DNA from: Candidatus Udaeobacter sp.
GTDB lineage: Bacteria > Patescibacteriota > Patescibacteriia > Magasanikbacterales > GWA2-37-8
Reading direction: 5' to 3'
Length of the DNA stretch: 64,000 bases
NCBI GenBank assembly: GCA_035473115.1
Contig: DATION010000002.1
Span: 9,469-73,468 of the forward strand
This document shows, in pieces, positions 30,046 to 38,315 of the stretch. A model generated the notes under the pieces. It was not told where the DNA came from. It saw nothing but the letters and a program-made list of their open reading frames with translations, and searched no databases. Each line of letters starts with the position of its first letter. Position 1 is the stretch's first letter. The position numbers and the translations under genes are program-made.

Positions 30046-30708
30046 ATGCTGTTTGTGATTGTTCCCGCTTATAATGAATCAAAAAATATCGGTCGCGTTA
30101 TTAGCGGCCTTTTTAGTCAGGGGTTTAAAAATATTGTGGTGATTGACGACGCTTCAGCTGATAATACATACGAAGAGGCAAAAAAAGCTGGCGCAGCTGT
30201 TTTAAAGCACGAAGTAAATAGAGGCCAAGGTGCCGCTCTGCAAACAGGCAATGAGTATGCTATGGCCAGCGGAGCTAGTTTTGTAGTTCATTTTGACGCC
30301 GATGGCCAATTTAACCCGGCTGACATAAACAAGGCTTTAGCTGTGATGCAAGAAAAAAATATAGACGTACTGCTCGGGTCACGTTTTTTAGATAATCGTT
30401 CGCAAATTCCTTGGACAAAAAAACATCTGGTGTTGCCGATGGCTAGGCTAATCAATAATTTTTTGACAGGGATAGAATTAACAGATGTTCATAACGGCTT
30501 TAGAATTTTATCGCGCCGAGCGCTCGAAAATATAAATATATCTCAAGACAGAATGGCTCATAACTCTGAAATTGTTAGGCAGATAAAGCAAAAAAACCTT
30601 TCCTATCTTGAATATCCGGTTGAGGTTACTTATAATGAATATGGCCAGGGAGTAGGCGGGGGGCTAAAGATAATTTGGGAGATTTTACATGGACGTTTAA
30701 CTAGATAG
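30046..30708 (+). CDS. GT2 glycosyltransferase (DPM1-like)
   Basis: VPAYNE, IDDAS.D, N.GQGAAL, DADGQ, TD...GFR. Confidence 0.92.
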   Translation: MLFVIVPAYNESKNIGRVISGLFSQGFKNIVVIDDASADNTYEEAKKAGAAVLKHEVNRGQGAALQTGNEYAMASGASFVVHFDADGQFNPADINKALAVMQEKNIDVLLGSRFLDNRSQIPWTKKHLVLPMARLINNFLTGIELTDVHNGFRILSRRALENINISQDRMAHNSEIVRQIKQKNLSYLEYPVEVTYNEYGQGVGGGLKIIWEILHGRLTR

Positions 30709-30713
30709 TTTAT

Positions 30714-31055
30714 ATGATTGTAACTCAAATTTTACTAGTAGTTTTTTTCTTGTTTGCACTGATAAAAGTCATCAGCCGCTTTCGAGACGGTGATTTAAGT
30801 AAGCTCGGTTTAATTTTGTGGTCATTATTTTGGCTGGCAGCTGCTGGAGTAGTTTTATTGCCAAATTCTACTGCTTATCTGGCAAAGCTGGCTGGTATTG
30901 GTCGCGGCGCGGATCTGGTGGTATATGTATCTTTGGCTGCGATATTCTTTATTATATTTCGTTTGCTGATAAAAATTGAATTATTAAATAAAGATATCAC
31001 TAAGCTTACCAGAAAAATTGCTTTGCAGGATAAAAATAAAAATTTAGATAAGTAA
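30714..31055 (+). CDS. DUF2304-family membrane protein
   Basis: 3 TMs, GIGRGADL, IT.LTR.IAL; typical partner of DPM1-like GT2. Confidence 0.85.
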   Translation: MIVTQILLVVFFLFALIKVISRFRDGDLSKLGLILWSLFWLAAAGVVLLPNSTAYLAKLAGIGRGADLVVYVSLAAIFFIIFRLLIKIELLNKDITKLTRKIALQDKNKNLDK

Positions 31056-31060
31056 ATTAT

Positions 31061-32173
31061 ATGCGGGTAGCCCATGTTGTTTCTACTTTTTATCCTCATG
31101 TGGGCGGAATGGGTTCGGTTTGCTACAACGAAGCTAAAAGTTTGGCAGAGAGCGGACATGATGTAACAGTTTTTACTTTAAAATACCCAAACGAAGTTTA
31201 TAATGATGTTAAATTTCCTTTTAAAATTGTTCGTTTAAAACCGATAATTAAATTGGGAGATGCCGGGCTGGTGCCGCAAATATTAAATCAGCTCAAAGGC
31301 TTTGATCTAGTTCATCTGCACTATCCTTTTTATGGTGGAGCCGAATGGTTAAGTTTTTTTAATATTCCACTAGTAATTACTTACCACATGGATGCTCAAT
31401 CGGGTGGGTTAAAAGAAATTATCGCCAAAGCATATGATCTATTTTGGTCTAAAATTTTATTCTCTAAAGCTAAAAAAATAATTACAGTTGATACAAATCA
31501 TTTTCAAAATACAAAATTCGGTCAGTATTTTATTAATAAAACAGTTGAAATTCAAAATGGAGTTGATACAGAAATTTTTCGGCCACATTCTGTTAGTTTA
31601 GAGAGTGTTGGTTTATCTCATTTAAAAGATAAAAAAATTATTCTTTTTGTCGGCAACCCGATGCCAGTAAAGCGATTGGATATTCTTTTAAATTCATTAA
31701 AGTTATTAAATGACAATAGTTTGGCTTTAATGGTCATTGGCGGAGGTTATCAACTAGAAAAATATAAACAGATGGCCAAAGATTTACATATTGAGAAAAA
31801 CGTATCTTTTGTTGGGCAATGCGATGATCGACAAAAGTTATCTGATTATTACAATATGGCTAGTTGCGTGGTTGTGCCGTCAGATTATGAATCTTTCTCT
31901 TTGGTAACAATTGAAGCTATGGCTTGTGGGATCCCGGTAATTGCCAGTAATATTGCCGGATTAGCAAGTAGAGTTAAACCTGGAGAAAACGGGTTTTTAT
32001 TTGCAAAAGGTTCAGTAGAAAGTTTGGTAAAAGAGCTTAAAAAAGTTTTGGCAATGAGTAAAGAAGAAAAACAGATCATGGGCGAAAAAGAAGTGTCGGA
32101 AATAAAAAACAATTATTCTTGGAAAAATCATATGGAAAAGTTGTTGAACTTATATAATAATATTTTGTCTTAA
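31061..32173 (+). CDS. GT4 glycosyltransferase
   Basis: P.VGG, HLH, ESFSLVTIEAMACGIPVI. Confidence 0.93.
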   Translation: MRVAHVVSTFYPHVGGMGSVCYNEAKSLAESGHDVTVFTLKYPNEVYNDVKFPFKIVRLKPIIKLGDAGLVPQILNQLKGFDLVHLHYPFYGGAEWLSFFNIPLVITYHMDAQSGGLKEIIAKAYDLFWSKILFSKAKKIITVDTNHFQNTKFGQYFINKTVEIQNGVDTEIFRPHSVSLESVGLSHLKDKKIILFVGNPMPVKRLDILLNSLKLLNDNSLALMVIGGGYQLEKYKQMAKDLHIEKNVSFVGQCDDRQKLSDYYNMASCVVVPSDYESFSLVTIEAMACGIPVIASNIAGLASRVKPGENGFLFAKGSVESLVKELKKVLAMSKEEKQIMGEKEVSEIKNNYSWKNHMEKLLNLYNNILS

Positions 32174-32174
32174 T

Positions 32175-33077
32175 ATGAATTTGATTTCTAACTTTGACTA
32201 TATCCCAGATATAAACTCAACCGCTCGGAAACCTTCTGACAAGTCAGAGGTTTCGCTCGCTAGTTTCGATTATGAAAAATCTATTTGGGGGTATGGTAAT
32301 GCCAGTTTGAGTTTGAAATCGCCAACGAGCTTTCGTTTGCGCCAAAGTTTAAAGTCAATTGCCGAATTAAAAAGTGGAGCAAAGGTTTTGGAATTAGGCT
32401 GCGGAGCTGGCCAGTTTATTCGTGAAATCAAGAAAATCAGACCGGATCTGGATTGTTATGGCTGTGATATTAGTCAACATGCAATTGCTTTGGCCAAACA
32501 AGCTGATGATGGTGTTAGTTATGATTTAAGTACAGAAAACAACTCTACCTATGCCGATAATTTTTTTGATGCGGTTCTGATTTTTGATGTTTTAGAGCAT
32601 GTGGAAAATCCAAGCTTAATTTTATCTGAAGTAAATCGAGTATTAAAAAGCGGGGGAGTATTTTATTCTTTTGTGCCCTGCGAAGCTGACTCGCTATCTT
32701 TTTGGAATTTATTGTACAAACTTGGTTTAAAAAAAGAACTTACTAGAATGTATGCCGGTCACATAAATAAATTTTCTCGCAAGAGTTTGGTAGATATAGT
32801 TCAATCTCATGGTTTCGCTGTAAAATCAGTTAGATATAGCGAGCAGATCCTAGGGCAGTTATTGGGGCTATTTGCATTTTTTTCTATGGATCATTTTGCA
32901 AAGAAAAATCATTTAAGCCAAGTTAATAATGAGCAGTATTTTTATGGCTTAGATCAAAAAGGCGGAGGAGTTTTAAAAGTAATAAAAAATATTGTAAATA
33001 GTTTGGTTGCCTTGGAGTCAATTATTTTTTCTAAAGTTCCATCTCCGAATGTGCATTTAACAGTGGTTAAAAAATAA
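32175..33077 (+). CDS. Class I SAM-dependent methyltransferase carrying a 24-aa repeat-derived insertion
   Basis: VLELGCGAG, GCDIS, FD...FDVLEHV, RVLK.GG. Confidence 0.9.
   Translation: MNLISNFDYIPDINSTARKPSDKSEVSLASFDYEKSIWGYGNASLSLKSPTSFRLRQSLKSIAELKSGAKVLELGCGAGQFIREIKKIRPDLDCYGCDISQHAIALAKQADDGVSYDLSTENNSTYADNFFDAVLIFDVLEHVENPSLILSEVNRVLKSGGVFYSFVPCEADSLSFWNLLYKLGLKKELTRMYAGHINKFSRKSLVDIVQSHGFAVKSVRYSEQILGQLLGLFAFFSMDHFAKKNHLSQVNNEQYFYGLDQKGGGVLKVIKNIVNSLVALESIIFSKVPSPNVHLTVVKK
32199..32273 (+). repeat. Family-2 dispersed element (copy 2), in frame within the CDS
   Basis: TATATC-cca-GATATA-aactcaaccgctc-[hairpin]-ctcgctagtttcgatTAT; 72 nt between the flanking TAT codons. Confidence 0.8.
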
Positions 33078-33083
33078 TAAAAT

Positions 33084-33178
33084 AACCTCAGTTATAATAA
33101 TTTTTGCAACGACCATCGCACCCCCAGGTGGGAGACCGTAGGGAATTTGGGCGTAAAAAAATTATTATAACTGAGGTT
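33084..33178 (+). repeat. Family-1 dispersed element (copy D)
   Basis: 22-bp perfect arms aacctcagttataataattttt / aaaaattattataactgaggtt; core acgaccatcgcacccccaggtgggagaccgtagggaatttgggcgt. Confidence 0.88.
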
Positions 33179-33185
33179 TAGACTT

Positions 33186-33698
33186 ATGCGCGTCATCCAT
33201 GTAATTCCATCCGCTTTTGAATATTTTGACGATATTAGATCGCAAGCTTTTAAGTTACTAGAAGAATTAAATAAGTTAGGAGTAGAAACTGAAGCTTTTA
33301 CTCTGCAGTACGGGTCGCCAAATAGAGAGGAAAAAGCAAGTATTAAAGAAGCTGCACCATCGGTTCATAGTCACATAGGGGATTTTAATGCTAAGAACGT
33401 TATCGAAAGTTTTTCTGATTTTGATATAGTGCATCTGCATTGTCCATTTTTTGGCGCAGCTGGCAAAATTTTGCGCTGGAAAAAACTTAATCCAAACTCT
33501 CCATTAGTTATTACTTATTACCGCGAAATAAAATTAGAAGATACTTTCAGTCTTATTATCAGGCTCTATAACGCTTATTTTTTACCAAAGATCTTTAACT
33601 TAGCAGACGCCTCCTATCGTTTTAATAGAGAACAATCAACAGAGTCTATTGCGGCGGAAACATTATCAGTGTATAATAGCTTTTATACAGCTAACTAG
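33186..33698 (+). CDS. GT4 N-terminal-domain-only protein
   Basis: MRVIHV, FDIVHLHCPF, PLVITY resemble 31061; lacks the ExF..xE domain. Confidence 0.7.
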   Translation: MRVIHVIPSAFEYFDDIRSQAFKLLEELNKLGVETEAFTLQYGSPNREEKASIKEAAPSVHSHIGDFNAKNVIESFSDFDIVHLHCPFFGAAGKILRWKKLNPNSPLVITYYREIKLEDTFSLIIRLYNAYFLPKIFNLADASYRFNREQSTESIAAETLSVYNSFYTAN

Positions 33699-33784
33699 CT
33701 AATTTAATACTATAAGCAAAGCTTGTCATTTTCGTCAGGCTTCACCCCGCTAAGCGGGGATTTATTTATTTGAATTTAGAAAAT

Positions 33785-34096
33785 ATGGGAATGTTTAAAA
33801 AAGGACTTTTTTTAGGAGGATTGTTAGGGGCTGCGGCAATGTGGTTAAATACCACTCCTAAAGGCAAGGAGATGCGAGCCAAGCTAATGGGCCAAGCCAA
33901 TGACCTGTATGGCCAGCTTAAAGAAAGCATGAAGCAGTTAGAAGGCCCAACCAAAGAAATGTATGATGCCTTGGTAGAAAGAGCGGTAGAAGAATATGCC
34001 GCCAGAGTAGAAATGGCTATGGAAATGAAGAACCAATTAATCAAAGAATTAAAAAAGAGATGGAAAGATTTGGAAGAAGAGATCAAAAATAAATAA
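33785..34096 (+). CDS. YtxH-like protein
   Basis: GLFLGGLLGAAA....T.KGKEMR followed by a coiled coil. Confidence 0.8.
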   Translation: MGMFKKGLFLGGLLGAAAMWLNTTPKGKEMRAKLMGQANDLYGQLKESMKQLEGPTKEMYDALVERAVEEYAARVEMAMEMKNQLIKELKKRWKDLEEEIKNK

Positions 34097-34137
34097 AAAT
34101 CATCATTGTTAAAAAGCAGTTTTTTCAGGGCTGCTTT

Positions 34138-35913
34138 TTATTTTATTTTTTTGATATCATCAATTGTCAGTTGTAATTCTCGATTACCGTTCCATTCGTT
34201 TACGCTGAGAGAAAAAACTATATCTATCTTGTCTCCTGGTTTAAGATTTTCTTTCCAGTTTTCAGTGCAACGGTTCACATCGCCCAAGCCAAAGCCGATG
34301 GTTTTTTTAATTACCTGAGATTTATGTTTGACCATTAAGCGTAAATGTTTGCCATCTTGACCGACCGGTTCGATGGCTGTAACTGTCAGATCTCGGGAAA
34401 CGTATTTTGGTTCTTCGTTGGCTTGGCCAAAAGGTTCAAACTTTTCCAACAAATCATAAAGCTTCCAGTTAACTTGGTCCAACTCAACTTCGGCATCAAT
34501 AGTGATTTGCGGCGTTAAATCCACGGCCGCAGTTTGCAAAGCGGTTTTTTCGATAAGTGTTCTTTTGAATTCTTCCAATTTATCTTTTTCTTTTAAAGTA
34601 AAACCGCAAGCTTGAGGATGTCCGCCAAATTTAAGAAACATTTCCGGCATGCTTTGGAGAGCGGCGATTAAATTAAATTCTTTTATACTTCTGCCCGAGC
34701 CGTTTATTTCTGTCTCAGTTTCTCCCATTACGATCGCCGGCTTGTAATGATCATCTTTTATTTTTCCGGAAATTAAACCTAAAATTCCGGTCGGCCAACT
34801 TTTTCCTAAGACAAATAAAATCGGGTTATCTTGCTGCTTAGTTTCTTTTATCTGTTTGCGGGCTTCACTGACGTATTGTTCGGTAAGTTTTTGGCGGTCA
34901 ATATTATTTTTATTCAACTGCAAAGCCAAACTTTCCGCTTCTTTCTCATCTTGCGCCATAAGTAGTGCAAAGGCAGTATTGGCATGATCCATACGTCCGG
35001 CAGCGTTAAGTCTGGGCACAACTTGAAAACTCATCGTGTAGGAATCATAAGTACCGCGTTTGGATTGGCCATTTTCATCAGCCATGCCCGCTACTATAAA
35101 AAGTTTTTTTAAACCAATATTTCTGGTTTTATTAATCACAGTTAGTCCATATTTGGTTATCGTTCTCGATTCGCCCAAGAGCGGCACCATATCGCCAATA
35201 GAAGCAATCGCTGCCAAATCTAAGAGCCACTTTTCAAACCCTTCAAACGTTTGTCCGTCCGGTAAAACGGTATGTGACTGAGAATATTTTTTTAATAATC
35301 CCTGAACCAATTTAAAAGCTACGCCGCCGCCGCAAAGGCCTTTGTCCGGGTATGGTTCGCCAGCTACTAGCGGGTGAATGATAGCATCAGCCTTAGGAAG
35401 TTTGGGCGGCACAGTGTGATGATCGGTAACAATTACTTTTATTTTATATTTTTTTGCCAGATCAATTTCAGCCACATTGCTGACGCCGCAATCGCAAGTA
35501 ATTATTAAATCTGTTTTTTGACTGTGTAAAAGTTCAATCGTACGCAAATTAATCCCATAGCCATCAGTTTCCCGGTGAGGGATAAATACATTTACATTTT
35601 TTGCGCCTAATTTTCGTAGTCCAGTAATAATAATGGCCGAAGAGCAGACACCGTCGGCGTCATAATCTCCGTGGACAACGATGTTTTCCTGTTTGGCTAT
35701 GGCTTTAAAAATAATATCAGTGGCTTTTTCCATGTCTTGAAAAAGAAACGGATCATGGATATCTTGAGAATAATCAGGGTTCAAAAATTCATCAATTTGA
35801 GTTTGGGTGCGCAGATTTCTGTTCCAAAGCAATTGAGCCACGGCAGTTGGTAATTCCGGGTGAGAATTGATAAATTCTATTGGCGGCGCTGGCAGAACAT
35901 TCCATTTTTTCAT
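34138..35913 (-). CDS. recJ: ssDNA-specific exonuclease RecJ
   Basis: GDYDADG, PHR...GYG, TDHH, PRLNAAGR, GSGRS, GGH, EPFGQAN; start set to ATG 35913. Confidence 0.97.
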   Translation of the reverse strand: MKKWNVLPAPPIEFINSHPELPTAVAQLLWNRNLRTQTQIDEFLNPDYSQDIHDPFLFQDMEKATDIIFKAIAKQENIVVHGDYDADGVCSSAIIITGLRKLGAKNVNVFIPHRETDGYGINLRTIELLHSQKTDLIITCDCGVSNVAEIDLAKKYKIKVIVTDHHTVPPKLPKADAIIHPLVAGEPYPDKGLCGGGVAFKLVQGLLKKYSQSHTVLPDGQTFEGFEKWLLDLAAIASIGDMVPLLGESRTITKYGLTVINKTRNIGLKKLFIVAGMADENGQSKRGTYDSYTMSFQVVPRLNAAGRMDHANTAFALLMAQDEKEAESLALQLNKNNIDRQKLTEQYVSEARKQIKETKQQDNPILFVLGKSWPTGILGLISGKIKDDHYKPAIVMGETETEINGSGRSIKEFNLIAALQSMPEMFLKFGGHPQACGFTLKEKDKLEEFKRTLIEKTALQTAAVDLTPQITIDAEVELDQVNWKLYDLLEKFEPFGQANEEPKYVSRDLTVTAIEPVGQDGKHLRLMVKHKSQVIKKTIGFGLGDVNRCTENWKENLKPGDKIDIVFSLSVNEWNGNRELQLTIDDIKKIK

Positions 35914-35988
35914 ACTTAGTAAGATGAGTGAGATCCCGCTAAGCGGGACGAGTGAATGAGTATATATGGATTTTTTAATCCATATATA
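35914..35988 (-). repeat. Family-2 dispersed element (copy 3), between the upstream stop and the recJ ATG
   Basis: Minus strand: tatatatgga-ttaaaaaa-tccatatata-ctcattcactc-[gtcccgcttagcgggat]-ctcactcatcttactaagtATG. Confidence 0.78.
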
Positions 35989-36385
35989 TTTCTTTTTTAT
36001 CTCTAAAACTAGTGATAGTAATTTTTTTGAAATCCCAATATGAATCGGCCAAGAGCAGGGTAAAAACAATGAACATTATTTTAATTGTTAAATACTGGTT
36101 TAAAGAAATAGGGGAGTTAAATCTATTAAATAGAATTATGCCCAGAGCAATCCAGTAGATTAAAGTTTTGCTGGTCAGCCTTCTTCTTTCGGAGATATTT
36201 ATTTTGCTTCGTATATTCCAAAGATAGGCAAAATACAAAAGTATTAAAGGGGCCGCTGTATACCATTCAAAATCATGCGGATCTTTGCCAAAATGAGATA
36301 ACGTATAAAAAATTAAAGCCAGTATCAGGATCAAAGCAAAGAAAAGAAAAATAATATCCAGTTGGTATTTGCGTAAGACAAGCAT
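35975..36385 (-). CDS. Hypothetical 4-TM membrane protein
   Basis: 136-aa hydrophobic ORF co-oriented with lepA and recJ. Confidence 0.7.
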   Translation of the reverse strand: MLVLRKYQLDIIFLFFALILILALIFYTLSHFGKDPHDFEWYTAAPLILLYFAYLWNIRSKINISERRRLTSKTLIYWIALGIILFNRFNSPISLNQYLTIKIMFIVFTLLLADSYWDFKKITITSFRDKKEIYMD

Positions 36386-36401
36386 AATTTACGCTAATAA
36401 T

Positions 36402-36497
36402 TTATTGCAAAGCCGGCAAAAAAGTAAACGCCAGCATGGCAATAATGCCAATAAAAGAAATTACTATCCAAAGTTTTTTTATGGTCTTCTGTTTCAC
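36402..36497 (-). CDS. Small single-TM protein (31 aa), missed by the ORF track
   Basis: GTG-start MKQKTIKKLWIVISFIGIIAMLAFTFLPALQ*, filling the gap between lepA and the next gene. Confidence 0.65.
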   Translation of the reverse strand: MKQKTIKKLWIVISFIGIIAMLAFTFLPALQ

Positions 36498-36512
36498 AGA
36501 ATTTATTAATTA

Positions 36513-38315
36513 TTATCGCTTTAATACTGCCAAATAAGTTTCCGAAGGAATATCTATTTTTCCGTGTGATAACATGCGTTTCTTACCTTTTTTCTGCTTT
36601 TCCAGTAGTTTTCGTTTACGAGTATAGTCACCGCCGCTCATAGTTTCAATGACGTCTTTGCGTAGAGCAGACAACCTGTCTGAAGCAATTATTTTTCCGC
36701 CTACGGCCGCTTGAATCTTTAAGACAAATTGCTGTCTGGGCAAGGATTCTTTTAATGATTCAACTATTTTTTTGCCGGTTTTGTAAGCATGATCTTCCCA
36801 AACTAGAGTTGATAAAGCCTCCACTTTTTCTTCGGCCACTATAATATCCAAACGCACAACTTGGGTTGGCTGGTAGTCCATAAATTCATAGTTCATGGAT
36901 GCGTAGCCGGAAGTAACGGTTTTTAGTTTATCATAGAAATCGGTAACAAGCGAGGCAAGCGGAATTTCGTAGTGCAGCATGGCTCTCTGGTCTGTATCAG
37001 TGCTTAAATATTCAGTATTTATATATTTTCCTTTGCGTTCGGAAACGAGTCCCATCACATTGCCGACAAAACTTTTGGGAGCAATGACGTCCATTTTCAT
37101 CCATGGCTCAAGAATCTGTTCCAAATGATTTGGATCAGGCATTTCTTGCGGGCTATGAATGGTTTTTTCTTGATGAGCGGTGTTTATAACTCTATAGGCC
37201 ACGCTTGGTACGGTAATAATAATTTCCAGATTATATTCTCGCTGTAATCTTTCTTGAAAAATATCCAGATGCAATAATCCCAAAAATCCGCAGCGAAAAC
37301 CAAAACCAAGAGCCAAAGAATGTTCTGGCTCATAAAACAGAGAAGCATCATTTAGTTTTAGTTTATCAATAGCGTCACGCAGAACTTGATAATCGTCGCC
37401 TTCTTTAGGGAATATGCCGGCATAAACCATTGGTTTTACTTCTTTATAACCAGGCAGGGGAAGAGTGTGAATATCTTTTTCTTCCTCATCTTTGGTAAAA
37501 GTAGTAATAGTATCACCAACTCGACAATCCTTAAGATCTTTTAAACCGGTAATACAGTAACCAATCTCGCCATTATACAATTTTTCGGTTGGTTGAAATT
37601 TTGGTTTGTAGTAACCAACTTCCAGAATTTCGGCCGGGGTTCTTGTTCCCAAAAGAAATATTTTATCGCCTTTTTTTAGTTCGCCATCCACAACTCTTAC
37701 CGAAGCAATTACGCCTTTGTAGTCATTATAAACAGAATCAAAAATCAGGGCGCGAGTCGGTTGGTTAGTGGTATCTGGCGGAGGAGACAGGCGTTCAATT
37801 AGAGCTTTGACAATTTCTTCCACGCCCTGGCCAGTTTTGCCGGAAGCCAGAATTATTTCTTCCGGTTTGCAGCCGAGCAGATGCAAGATTTCTGCCTTTG
37901 TTTTTTCCACATTGGCATTTGGCATGTCTATTTTGTTTATAACCGGAATAATCGTTAGGTTTTGTTCAATGGCTAAATATAAATTGCCAATAGTTTGCGC
38001 TTGTACGCCTTGGCTGGCATCTACCAGCAAAATGGCGCCTTCGACAGCTGCCAAAGAGCGGGAAACTTCATAATTAAAATCTACATGACCGGGAGTATCA
38101 ATTAAATTCAAAATATATTCTTTATAATTCATGCGTACCGGCGTCAGCTTGATGGTAATACCTCGCTCCCGTTCCAAATCCATAGAATCCAAAAGCTGGG
38201 CTTTCATATCTCGGCGAGCCACTGTGCCCGTAAATTCTAAAAGACGATCGGCCATGGTTGATTTACCATGGTCGATATGAGCGATAATACAGAAATTACG
38301 GATGTTTTTATTCAT
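36513..38315 (-). CDS. lepA: Elongation factor 4 (LepA)
   Basis: IRNFCIIAHIDHGKST, DTPGHVDF, GFRCGFLGLLH, KRKLLEKQKKGK. Confidence 0.98.
   Translation of the reverse strand: MNKNIRNFCIIAHIDHGKSTMADRLLEFTGTVARRDMKAQLLDSMDLERERGITIKLTPVRMNYKEYILNLIDTPGHVDFNYEVSRSLAAVEGAILLVDASQGVQAQTIGNLYLAIEQNLTIIPVINKIDMPNANVEKTKAEILHLLGCKPEEIILASGKTGQGVEEIVKALIERLSPPPDTTNQPTRALIFDSVYNDYKGVIASVRVVDGELKKGDKIFLLGTRTPAEILEVGYYKPKFQPTEKLYNGEIGYCITGLKDLKDCRVGDTITTFTKDEEEKDIHTLPLPGYKEVKPMVYAGIFPKEGDDYQVLRDAIDKLKLNDASLFYEPEHSLALGFGFRCGFLGLLHLDIFQERLQREYNLEIIITVPSVAYRVINTAHQEKTIHSPQEMPDPNHLEQILEPWMKMDVIAPKSFVGNVMGLVSERKGKYINTEYLSTDTDQRAMLHYEIPLASLVTDFYDKLKTVTSGYASMNYEFMDYQPTQVVRLDIIVAEEKVEALSTLVWEDHAYKTGKKIVESLKESLPRQQFVLKIQAAVGGKIIASDRLSALRKDVIETMSGGDYTRKRKLLEKQKKGKKRMLSHGKIDIPSETYLAVLKR

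Noticed and set aside
5690-33178. Family-1 elements as CRISPR repeats, plain terminators or hammerhead ribozymes
   Set aside because: They are dispersed rather than arrayed and there are no cas genes. The stems are AT-rich with a 55-nt structured loop. Neither strand has a CUGANGA/GAAA core.
35914-36069. 52-aa N-terminal extension of RecJ
   Set aside because: It overlaps the upstream gene and a repeat element; MKKW at 35913 is the typical start.
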